DNA of 64,000 nt from an uncultured Solirubrobacterales bacterium (GTDB lineage: Bacteria > Actinomycetota > Thermoleophilia > Solirubrobacterales > Solirubrobacteraceae), in the NCBI GenBank assembly GCA_963756585.1, contig CAVWOK010000010.1:524-64523 (forward strand). Direction: 5' to 3'. The notes beneath the pieces were generated by a model, which was given only the letters and a program-made list of their open reading frames with translations, had not been told where the DNA came from and searched no databases. Shown one piece after another: positions 55,551 through 64,000 of the stretch (position 1 is the first letter of the stretch; each line of letters opens with the position of its first letter). The position numbers were made by a program, and so were the translations under genes.

Positions 55551-56064
55551 GGCGTCAGCCTCCCGTGAGCCGGTATTCGGCGTACAGACCAACACGGCGC
55601 GGAAAATTCATCGGTCAGACCACACCGAGGACCGGCTGACCACCGCGCCAAGCCGATACTGCGTACGGAAGGGAACCCCTTGCGGGCACTCGGCCTACGT
55701 GCGGGTGAGCCTTTCGCGGCGGCCTCGGCTCCGGTGTCCCATAAGACCCGCCCGGTGATGTGTCGCAATGACCGGGCGTCAACCGGGACACCCGGCGCTC
55801 CCGTTCTCGCGGCGGAAGCAGACGTCCCACGCAGCTTCGCGCCGCTCTCGCTCCGGACGAAACGCGAGTGCGCGCCGACGCCGACGCAGGCTCCTGCAAC
55901 CTCGGGACGATGCGGAAGCTGGCTGCGCCAAAGACCCCCCTGTGTTCGGCCGCGGTAATGGCGGCCCTCCGAACCGCGGACCTGAGTTGCGCGGCAAGCG
56001 GGAATCCCGCGGACGATCGCATTCGTCATCTGGCGCCGGCACGAGCGCGCGATCGCAATGGCGA

Positions 56065-57764
56065 GAGGCCGTCGGAAAATGCGCAACGAGCGAGAAAGTT
56101 GACTCGTCGGCGTGTCACCGACGGAGGCGAAGCCGGCAGGGTGTAGATCGCCGACCCGGCGTGTCAGGCCGGTGTGGCGATCCAGTGGCTGTGGAGCTTC
56201 AAGAGATTGTGGGTGGCGGTGACGAGCCGCCACTCTGACTGCGCGGCGGATCTGCCTCTTCGCATGAACCGGTCGATGTGGCGGTTGTATTTGATCTGGC
56301 CGAACACCGGCTCGATCGTGATCTTGCGCTGCGCGTAGAGCTTGCGCCCGCGGTCGGTGCTCAGCTTCTCGCGCATCTGCTCATAGACGCCGTCTTCCCA
56401 GCCGCGGCGTTTGCCCTCGCGCAGGTTCCCGTCGGGCGGAACGAGCACCTCGATCCCGTGCTCGCTGATGGCCTGCATCTGCGGGTGATGCCAGTAGCCG
56501 GCGTCGGCGATCACCACCTCCGGCGTGTCGGTCAGGCCCTGTGCGGAGAGCTGGCGCATCGTCGCGTCGAACATCGGCGCGAGCTGTCCGAAGTCCGGGG
56601 CGGCGTTGGTGATCTCTGCGGCCAGGATCACCTGCCGGTCGTTGACGGTGGCTTGGGCGTTGTAGGCCTGGCGGGGCGGGGTCCCCTGCGTGCGCATCAC
56701 CCGCGAGTCCGGGTCTGACAGGTTGATCTTGCCCTCCGGCAGCTCCGGGGCGACGAACGGTTTGCTGTTGCCCTTGAGCACCCGACCCTTCGTGTCGCGC
56801 GCCGTCGCCCGCCACCGCTCATAACTCTCAACGGCGGCGAGATCAACCCGGTGGTTCTCCTCCAGGCGCTCAAGCGCACCGATCATCCGGTCGTCACGAT
56901 CGCGCGCAACCGCGGCGCCTTGGCGTGTGCGGTGGGCTTCCAGCTCGCGCCGGGCGACCCGCAGCCACTCGATCCGACCGCCGCGCTTGAGCACCCGACG
57001 ACCGAGGACCAACGACGCTAGGTCCATCTCGAGCTTCTCAGGCTCGGGCTTTGTCTCATCACCCGGCGGGCGGCCCTTGCGCTCAGCAAGACGACGCTTC
57101 GCGTCCGCCAGCGCCTGCCGACGACCCGCGGCCGTCCGCAGCTGCTCAGGCAACTCATCACCGCGATCCTCGCCATAGAGCTCGTCCTCGCGCCGGTCGA
57201 CCTCCTCGGCTTCGCGCAGGATCTCGGTAACCAGCTCCCGATAGTCGCGGTTCTGATCCATCGACGCGTTCGCCTTGATCTTCGTCCCATCGATCGTGAT
57301 CACCCCCACCGACACCAACCCGGCCTCCCGGCACAGACCGAGGATCTCGTCAAACAGCTCCCCGATCTCCACCTCATGCCGACGGCGGAACTCCGCGATC
57401 GTCGAGTGATCCGGGCACCGCATCCCCGTGATTACTTTGAACGCCACATCCTCGAGGCACGCCCGCTCGATCCCCCGCGAAGACCTGATCCCGCGGGCAT
57501 ACGCGTAGAGCAGTAACGCCACCATCACCTGCGGGTCAAACGGCGCGCGACCCGCAGCACCCAGCCGATACGCCTGCCGGAACCGATCCAGGTTCATCTG
57601 GTCAACCGCGCCCAGCACCGACCACACCAGATGATCCTCCGGCAGCCACTCCCCCAACGACGGCGGCATCAACAACAACTGACCACGATCAACCCCAGCG
57701 AATTCAAGAGCCATACCGCAAGTGTCTTAAACCGGCCAGACAGCACCGATATTCCGACAGCCTC
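56065..57764 (-). mobile_element. IS1182-family element B
   Basis: TIRs GAGGCCGTCGGAAAAT (56065) and ATATTCCGACAGCCTC (57749), 14/16 match. 4-bp TSD GCGA at 56061-64 and 57765-68. Confidence 0.88.
56164..57714 (-). CDS. IS1182-family DDE transposase
   Basis: 'LMPPSLGEWLPEDHL', 'PDHSTIAEFRRRH', 'TIDGTK', 'AYNAQ', 'ADAGY' and 'RKITIEPVFG'. Confidence 0.95.
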   Translation of the reverse strand: MALEFAGVDRGQLLLMPPSLGEWLPEDHLVWSVLGAVDQMNLDRFRQAYRLGAAGRAPFDPQVMVALLLYAYARGIRSSRGIERACLEDVAFKVITGMRCPDHSTIAEFRRRHEVEIGELFDEILGLCREAGLVSVGVITIDGTKIKANASMDQNRDYRELVTEILREAEEVDRREDELYGEDRGDELPEQLRTAAGRRQALADAKRRLAERKGRPPGDETKPEPEKLEMDLASLVLGRRVLKRGGRIEWLRVARRELEAHRTRQGAAVARDRDDRMIGALERLEENHRVDLAAVESYERWRATARDTKGRVLKGNSKPFVAPELPEGKINLSDPDSRVMRTQGTPPRQAYNAQATVNDRQVILAAEITNAAPDFGQLAPMFDATMRQLSAQGLTDTPEVVIADAGYWHHPQMQAISEHGIEVLVPPDGNLREGKRRGWEDGVYEQMREKLSTDRGRKLYAQRKITIEPVFGQIKYNRHIDRFMRRGRSAAQSEWRLVTATHNLLKLHSHWIATPA

Positions 57765-57964
57765 GCGACGGAGGAGTCGTCCAGACACACCCAGCCGCGG
57801 GGCCGGCGCCGCACGATCGGTTTCGCCCACGAGCAGTCGCTCGCGCAGGTCGCGCCGGACGCTCCAGATCACGGAGCGGAGGCGCGAGCGCCGCAGTACC
57901 AAGCACGGTGGGTTTCGAAGGCTCCGGGCACAGCGGTGGCTCGGCTAGCGAGGATGCGAAATGC

Positions 57965-59422
57965 CTAGCTGACGGCCTCCAGGCGGACGCCGGTCGTCAG
58001 GCCGCGGCGTGCGAAGAAGTCGGCTTCGGCCTTCCCCAGCGGCGTCGTGGGTGGCTCCTCGTGCAGGTACTCACCGGCGATGGCACCCCAGTCGGCGCCT
58101 GCCCGGAGTTGCTCCAGAACGACGGCGACGATGCCGTGCATCCGCCGGATCAGGATCGATTCTGGCGGCAGGGTGAACCGGTTGACCTGCGTCCTCGCAG
58201 CGGCCCGCTGCTCGCTGTCTGAACGCTCACGATCTCGGCCGCGGCGGGCGTGCTCGGGTGAGAAGCGGCGCTGTCCCGGCACGGCGTACCACTTGATCGC
58301 CATTCGCATCAGCCTTAGCACGAAGTCGACGTCGACCGCGTCGGCCCGGCTGGCGGGAAGATAGCCGGCTGCGAGCAGGGCCGCCTTCAGCGCCTCCGCA
58401 TCCCGGTCGCGGACGGCGAGCGCGATCGCCCGCTCGCCTGCGACGCGGGGGGCGTCGACGTCGCGCAATAGGCCGAAGTCCAGGAAGCAGACCCGGCCAT
58501 CGGGGCAGAGCAGGTAGTTACCCGGGTGAGGGTCTCCGAGCGCGATCCGATCGCGATACAGGAGGCCGAAGTAGAACCGGAAGACGATCTCGCCGTAGCG
58601 GTCGCGTTGCGCCTCGTCCGCCCGGCGGACGGCCTCGAAGCGTTCCCCCTCGACGTACTCGGACACGAGCACGCGCCGGGTCGAGAGGTCCGTGCGGATC
58701 CGGGGCACGCGCAGGAACGGATGTCTCCCCACCAGCCGCTCGATCCGGCGCTGGTTCTGAGCCTCGAGCTCGTAATCGAGCTCCTCTCCGATCCGCTCGC
58801 GCATCTCCGCGGCGAGCGCCTTCGCGTCCAGCCCCGGGGCGAGCCGCTTGACGAGCGGCAGCAGCAGCGTCGCGTTGCGCAGGTCGGTCTCGACCGCCTC
58901 CGCGACTCCCGGGTACTGGATCTTCACCGCGACCTCGTCGCCGTCGGTGGTGACCGCGCGATGGACCTGGCCGATCGAGGCCGCCGCGAACGCACGTTCG
59001 TCGAAGTCGGAGAACGCGTCCTTGAGCGGCCCGCCGGACTCGTGGCGCATCAGCTTTTCGAGGCGCGCGAACGGCATGGGCGGGACGTCGTCGCGGAGCC
59101 CGGCGAGGCTGCGTTGCAGCTCGTCCTGCTGGTCCTCGGGGAGGCCGTCGAACTCGACCATCGAGATCATCTGGCCAACCTTCATCGCCGCCCCGCGCAT
59201 CTGCCCGAGCTGCTCAACGAGCTCCTGGACCAGCGCCGCGGTCCGCTCGCCTTGCGCGGCGGCGGCCCGCTCGGGCGTCCGGACCCGATTAGCGGTTCGC
59301 ATCCCGGCCCACCGCAGCCCCTGCCCCGTCACCAGGCCACCGACCCGCGCTGTCCGCGCGAGCCGTCCGGTAGGCACCTTTCCCGCCTCCGACTGCTGTT
59401 CGTCGGGCTTCGTACTCATCAA
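57965..59422 (-). CDS. ABC1/AarF/UbiB family atypical kinase
   Basis: 'RGAAMKVGQ', 'AAASIGQVHRA', 'VAVKIQYPG', 'DPHPGN' and 'LDFG'. Confidence 0.92.
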   Translation of the reverse strand: MMSTKPDEQQSEAGKVPTGRLARTARVGGLVTGQGLRWAGMRTANRVRTPERAAAAQGERTAALVQELVEQLGQMRGAAMKVGQMISMVEFDGLPEDQQDELQRSLAGLRDDVPPMPFARLEKLMRHESGGPLKDAFSDFDERAFAAASIGQVHRAVTTDGDEVAVKIQYPGVAEAVETDLRNATLLLPLVKRLAPGLDAKALAAEMRERIGEELDYELEAQNQRRIERLVGRHPFLRVPRIRTDLSTRRVLVSEYVEGERFEAVRRADEAQRDRYGEIVFRFYFGLLYRDRIALGDPHPGNYLLCPDGRVCFLDFGLLRDVDAPRVAGERAIALAVRDRDAEALKAALLAAGYLPASRADAVDVDFVLRLMRMAIKWYAVPGQRRFSPEHARRGRDRERSDSEQRAAARTQVNRFTLPPESILIRRMHGIVAVVLEQLRAGADWGAIAGEYLHEEPPTTPLGKAEADFFARRGLTTGVRLEAVS

Positions 59423-59557
59423 CCGAGCCTAGCGGGGCGACGAGAGTGCCAGCTTCGGACAGATCCGCGGCCGCCACCTGGTGGAACCGTTCGTTGCACC
59501 ACCCCGACGGTTTCGGTTTCGAGGCCTGCGAACGGCCCGCGTGAGTCCTCGGCGCGG

Positions 59558-60538
59558 TTATGAGGAGCCGCGAAGCAGTAGCTCCCGCATGTGCTCGAAG
59601 TCGGTATCGGTGAACTCCATCTGCGTCGGGTCGCTCGATTCGACGAAGTCGATCAGCGTGTGGGCGAAGCGCACCGGGTCATGCAGCTGGGGAAAGTGAC
59701 CTGCGTCCTCGAAGACCTCGAGGCGGCTGTTGGGGAGCCCGCGGTTCGCTACGGTGGCGTGCTCGACTGGGATCAAGGGATCTTGGCCACCCCAAATGAT
59801 CAGGGAGGGAAGCAGTGCCGCGAGGTACAGCCGGTCGGTCGCGCTTACGCGCTGCCCGCCGATGTCGAGCACCGCGCGCAGGCTGTGGATGAACGCTTGC
59901 CGAGCGCCGGCGTCTGCCAGCGACCCATAGCCGCGCGCCATCTCCGCCAGGTCGGTGCCAGCCTGCAACCCCAATCTGCCAAGCAGGCCGCCAAGCGCGC
60001 CGGCGACTCCGTGGAGACGCTCGTGGGCGATCAGTGGGAGCACGACCTCCGAGCCGGGCAGCGTCGCGGCCCGGAGCATTAGATGGACCTCGCGACCGAG
60101 GCCACCGCTCGAGACCAGCACCAGCCGCTCGGCGAACGGGGGGTACTCGTACGCGAACTGCATCGCCACCCCGCCGCCCAGCGAATGCCCGACCACGGTG
60201 GCGCGCCGGTGCCCGAGCGCAACGAGCAGGTCGCGCACGCTGGCGGCGTACGCGCCGAGCGAGTAGTCGGCCCGCGGCTTCGCGGAGTGCCCGTGTCCCA
60301 GTAGGTCGGGGGCGACGACCGTGTACCGCTCGGCCAGCAGCGGAACCACTTGGTCCCACTGCTTGGCACACCCCACGATTCCGTGAATCAGCAACACCAC
60401 GGGACCGCCGTCTCCGGCCGTCCGGTAGCTGACCCGGTGGCCATGGAGCACGATCTCGTGCTGGGTTGGCTTCAGCTCAGAAAGGGTGGGGCGCCGGCGC
60501 TGGCCGGAGGCTGGGCTGCTCGTTGCGGCGATGATCAC
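59558..60538 (-). CDS. Alpha/beta fold hydrolase
   Basis: 'LIHG', 'APDLLGHG', nucleophile 'GHSLGG' and 'GHFPQ'. Start uncertain. Confidence 0.9.
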   Translation of the reverse strand: MIIAATSSPASGQRRRPTLSELKPTQHEIVLHGHRVSYRTAGDGGPVVLLIHGIVGCAKQWDQVVPLLAERYTVVAPDLLGHGHSAKPRADYSLGAYAASVRDLLVALGHRRATVVGHSLGGGVAMQFAYEYPPFAERLVLVSSGGLGREVHLMLRAATLPGSEVVLPLIAHERLHGVAGALGGLLGRLGLQAGTDLAEMARGYGSLADAGARQAFIHSLRAVLDIGGQRVSATDRLYLAALLPSLIIWGGQDPLIPVEHATVANRGLPNSRLEVFEDAGHFPQLHDPVRFAHTLIDFVESSDPTQMEFTDTDFEHMRELLLRGSS

Positions 60539-60603
60539 TACTACCCGATCGGCTACCTGTGGTCACGCGAAAGGATCCTGGCCGTGTCTATCGTCACTAA
60601 CCG

Positions 60604-62442
60604 ATGGCCACGCGTAATGACATCCGCAACATCGGAATCATCGCCCACGTCGATCATGGCAAGACGACCCTGGTCGATGCTCTGCTGTGGCAGTCCGGGG
60701 CGTTTCGGGCTGGCCAGGATGTCGCGGACCGGGTGCTTGACTCGATGGATCTGGAGCGAGAGAAGGGGATCACGATCCTCGCCAAGAACACGGCCGTTTA
60801 CTACGGCGGGGTCAAGCTGAACATCGTCGATACGCCAGGGCACGCCGACTTCGGGGGAGAGGTGGAGCGCGGTTTGACGATGGTCGACGGCGTGCTGCTG
60901 CTGGTCGACGCGAGTGAGGGACCGCTGCCGCAGACGCGGTTCGTGCTCCGTAAGGCGCTCGAGGCCCGGCTGCCGGTGATCCTCGTCGTCAACAAGGTGG
61001 ACCGGCTCGACGCGCGCATCGCCGAGGTCGTCGACGAGGTCTATGAGCTTTTCCTGGACCTCGACGCTGATGAGACGCAGATCGAGTTCCCGATCGTCTA
61101 CACCAACGCAAAGAAAGGTCAGGCCTCGCTTGACCCGTCGACTCCGGGGACCGACCTCGGGCCGCTGCTGGACCTGCTGCTCTCGCATATTCCCGCTCCC
61201 GAGTACGACCCGGCCCATCCGCTCCAGGCGCACGTCACCAACCTCGACGCCTCCCCGTACGTCGGGCGGCTCGCGATCTGTCGCGTGCGCCACGGCAAGA
61301 TCCGCCGGGGCGAGATGGTCGCCTGGTGCCGCACGGACGGGCAGATCGAGCCCGTGAAGGTCGGCCAGCTGTACGTGACCGAGGCGCTTGATCTCGTCGA
61401 GGCCGAGGAGGCCGCAGCCGGTGAGATCATCTGGGTCGCCGGGATCCCAGAGATTATGATCGGCGAGACGCTGGCCGCCGCAGATGATCCGCGACCGCTG
61501 CCGGTGATCACCGTGGACGAGCCGTCGCTGTCGGTCACGGTCGGGATCAACACCTCTCCTTTGGCCGGGCAGGACGGCGACAGGCTGACCGCCAGCCAGG
61601 TCAAGGACCGCCTCGTTCGCGAGCTCGTCGGGAACGTCTCGCTCCGGGTCCTCGAGACCGACCGCTCCGAGGCATGGGAGGTCCAGGGCCGCGGCGAGCT
61701 GGCGCTCTCGGTGTTGGTCGAGCTGATGCGCCGCGAGGGGTTCGAACTGACGGTCGGCAATCCCCAGGTCGTCACCCGGCAGGTGGACGGGAAGCTGTGC
61801 GAGCCGATCGAGCGGATGAGCGTCGACGTACCCGAGGACTACGTGGGTGTGATCACGCAGATGCTCGCGATGCGCAAGGGACGTATGGAGCAGATGGTCA
61901 ACCACGGAACCGGCTGGGTACGGATGGAGTACCTGGTCCCCGCGCGGGGGCTGATCGGGTTCCGCACAGAGTTCCTCACCGAGACCCGGGGCACCGGCCT
62001 CGTGCACCACGTGTTCGACCGCTGGGAGCCGTGGCAGGGTGAGCTGCGCACCCGACCGACCGGTTCGCTGGTCGCCGACAGGCGCGGCACCGTCGCGGCG
62101 TTCGCCCTGTTCAAGCTCCAGGAGCGAGGAACGCTGTTCGTCGCGCCCGGCGACGAGGTCTACGAGGGGATGATCATCGGCGAGAGCTCGCGCGCGGAGG
62201 ATCTCGACGTCAACGCGACTAAGGAAAAGCATCTGACCAACATGCGTTCCTCGACCGCGGACGAGCTCGTGAGGCTGGTGCCCAAGCGCGAGCTCTCACT
62301 CGACCAGGCGCTCGAGTTCCTCCGCGTCGACGAGGCCGTCGAAGTCACGCCACACGCGGTCAGGCTGCGCAAGGTGGTGCTGGATGGGATCGCCCGGCGC
62401 AAGCAGGCGCGGTCGGCGCGACAGCCGGCTGCTGCCCGGTAG
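60604..62442 (+). CDS. typA: Translational GTPase TypA/BipA
   Basis: '[18 protein letters not shown]', '[14 protein letters not shown]', 'NKVD' and 'GRGELAL'. Confidence 0.97.
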   Translation: MATRNDIRNIGIIAHVDHGKTTLVDALLWQSGAFRAGQDVADRVLDSMDLEREKGITILAKNTAVYYGGVKLNIVDTPGHADFGGEVERGLTMVDGVLLLVDASEGPLPQTRFVLRKALEARLPVILVVNKVDRLDARIAEVVDEVYELFLDLDADETQIEFPIVYTNAKKGQASLDPSTPGTDLGPLLDLLLSHIPAPEYDPAHPLQAHVTNLDASPYVGRLAICRVRHGKIRRGEMVAWCRTDGQIEPVKVGQLYVTEALDLVEAEEAAAGEIIWVAGIPEIMIGETLAAADDPRPLPVITVDEPSLSVTVGINTSPLAGQDGDRLTASQVKDRLVRELVGNVSLRVLETDRSEAWEVQGRGELALSVLVELMRREGFELTVGNPQVVTRQVDGKLCEPIERMSVDVPEDYVGVITQMLAMRKGRMEQMVNHGTGWVRMEYLVPARGLIGFRTEFLTETRGTGLVHHVFDRWEPWQGELRTRPTGSLVADRRGTVAAFALFKLQERGTLFVAPGDEVYEGMIIGESSRAEDLDVNATKEKHLTNMRSSTADELVRLVPKRELSLDQALEFLRVDEAVEVTPHAVRLRKVVLDGIARRKQARSARQPAAAR

Positions 62443-62541
62443 GTCGGGTCGGTCTGGCGCGGGGGGACGAGCGCGCCACCGCGTGACAGGCGTGCAACAA
62501 ATTGGTCTAGCTGTCCACGCAGGCGCCTACGCTGGCACCGG

Positions 62542-64000
62542 ATGAGCGACTTCTGCACCCGGGCGCGCTCGCTGGTAGAGCAGATCGAGTCCAACCCGAG
62601 CGACCCGGGGCTGGAGGAGGAGCTCGACGCGATGCGGGCGCTGTGGCGCTCACTCCCGGATGGGGAGCGCTCCGAGGCGGCCGGTGCGGCGCGTGCGGTG
62701 GCATCCGCCCGGGCGGCCCTCGCACCACGGGCGAGCGTCAGTGATGACAGCGCCGCCCAGCTCGCGCTCCAGGGCTTGGACCGGATTGACGTCGACGCTC
62801 CGCCGGAGCGCCGCTACGAAGGGCCGCGAGATCCGGACGCGCTGCTCGCCTGGTTTGGTCTGGATGAGTTCCGCCCCGGACAGCGCGAGACGGTCGGGGC
62901 GGCGCTCGCCGGTCGCGACAGCCTCGTGGTGATGCCCACGGGCGGTGGCAAGAGCCTCTGCTATCAGCTGCCCGGCATCGCCTCGGATGCGCTGACAGTC
63001 GTGGTCTCACCGCTGATCGCGCTGATGGCAGACCAGTACCGGCGGCTGGTGCTCGGTGGACACCCGGCCGCGATGATCGCCTCGGGGATGGAGGCCGGCG
63101 CCGCCGCTCGCGCAGTGGCGGACGTGCGTGGCGGCCGCGCGCGCATCGTTTTGTGCTCCCCCGAACGGTTCGCCTCACCCCAGTTCCTGGAGGCGCTGGC
63201 GCAACGGGATGTGGACCTGTTTGCAGTGGATGAGGCCCATTGCGTCTCGGAGTGGGGCCATGACTTCCGGCCTGACTATCTGCGCCTCCGCGGCGTGATC
63301 GAGCGGCTGGGTGCCTCCGCCGTGATGGCTTGCACCGCGACCGCGACCGAGCAGGTGGCGGAGGAGATCCGCGCCCGACTCGGCCTTCGCGACCCGCACG
63401 TGATGCGCGCCGGCTTCGACCGGCCGAACCTGTCGTTTGACGTGATCGCGCTCGAAGGGACGGGGTCCAAGGCGCGCAAGCACATGCTGCTCTCGCTCGC
63501 GCTGTCGGACCCGGCCAATCGGCCGGCAATCGTCTACTGCGGCACCCGCCGTGACGTGGAGGAGGTGACCGAGCGACTGCGGTCTGAGGGATTACTGGCC
63601 GTCGGCTACCACGCCGGGATGCCGGCGGACGAGCGCGCCTCGGCCCAGCACCGCTTCATGGAGGGCGACGCCGAGATCGTGGTCGCCACCAACGCATTCG
63701 GGATGGGCGTGGACAAGGCCGACGTCCGCGCGGTCGTCCACTGGGCGATCCCCAAGAGCGTCGAGGCCTACTACCAGGAGGTAGGCCGAGGCGGCCGCGA
63801 CGGCGAGCCCGCGCGCGCGATCCTGCTGGCGAGCCGTGCCGACTTGGGCCGGCTGATCAACTTCATCACGGGCGACGCTGTCGAGCCCGACGATGTGCTC
63901 GCCTACGTACGGAGCCTGAAGGCCTCGTCGGAGGGCGCGACCGCGGTCATCGAAACGCCCCGCTCCGATCGCGACCGGATCATGCTTGGGGTCGCCGAGC
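62542..64000 (+). CDS. recQ: RecQ-family ATP-dependent DNA helicase, 3'-partial
   Basis: Open frame from ATG 62542 to the window end with 'FRPGQ', 'MPTGGGKSLCYQLP', 'VDEAHCVSEWGHDFRP', 'ATNAFGMGVDK' and 'YYQEVGRGGRDG'. Confidence 0.93.
   Translation, partial: MSDFCTRARSLVEQIESNPSDPGLEEELDAMRALWRSLPDGERSEAAGAARAVASARAALAPRASVSDDSAAQLALQGLDRIDVDAPPERRYEGPRDPDALLAWFGLDEFRPGQRETVGAALAGRDSLVVMPTGGGKSLCYQLPGIASDALTVVVSPLIALMADQYRRLVLGGHPAAMIASGMEAGAAARAVADVRGGRARIVLCSPERFASPQFLEALAQRDVDLFAVDEAHCVSEWGHDFRPDYLRLRGVIERLGASAVMACTATATEQVAEEIRARLGLRDPHVMRAGFDRPNLSFDVIALEGTGSKARKHMLLSLALSDPANRPAIVYCGTRRDVEEVTERLRSEGLLAVGYHAGMPADERASAQHRFMEGDAEIVVATNAFGMGVDKADVRAVVHWAIPKSVEAYYQEVGRGGRDGEPARAILLASRADLGRLINFITGDAVEPDDVLAYVRSLKASSEGATAVIETPRSDRDRIMLGVAE

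Noticed and set aside
52400-57960. Classical integron (attC sites, intI)
   Set aside because: I found no integrase and no convincing paired RYYYAAC/GTTRRRY ends around the genes, and the passengers are in mixed orientation. The region is kept only as a non-attC cassette hypothesis.
59558-60538. Alpha/beta hydrolase as the AAMS hydrolase of the B6 pathway
   Set aside because: It is 30 kb away in a housekeeping context and looks like a common actinobacterial lipase/epoxide-hydrolase type.
1-64000. tRNA, rRNA, riboswitch
   Set aside because: No cloverleaf, rRNA or known riboswitch signature was recognised by eye. An Infernal/Rfam scan would be needed to exclude them.

Overview
High-GC actinobacterial DNA (Thermoleophilia/Solirubrobacterales-like by protein style; inference) with four zones. 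(1) 1-29.2 kb: a large catabolic cluster that I read as vitamin B6 degradation. It has clear homologs, recognised from memory of the Mesorhizobium loti pathway, of pyridoxamine-pyruvate transaminase (two paralogs), pyridoxal 4-dehydrogenase, 4-pyridoxolactonase and FHMPC dehydrogenase. It also has a class II aldolase-fold decarboxylase candidate, a GntR regulator, and BMP-type and Dpp-type ABC importers. No recognisable MHPCO ring-opening oxygenase or AAMS hydrolase is present in the window. Instead there is a luciferase-like monooxygenase, an M29-fold metallohydrolase, a cupin and a split three-subunit Mo-hydroxylase. (2) 29.2-33.4 kb: a pfkB remnant and amine/amide-turnover genes. (3) 33.4-45.1 kb: a defence-type island with Fic, a sigma2-only ORF, type II Wadjet jetABCD and a HigBA-like TA pair with a candidate SOS box. 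(4) 45.1-58 kb: an accessory region of short passenger genes separated by mosaic hairpin-rich spacers, with two IS1182 elements (TIRs and 4-bp TSDs found) and a two-component system plus three CMRxxG-PxFPDP lipoprotein-like genes bracketed by 65-bp inverted repeats. The window ends in housekeeping genes (ABC1 kinase, alpha/beta hydrolase, typA, partial recQ). No rRNA, tRNA or CRISPR array was seen. All family calls are from motif reading and recall, not database searches.
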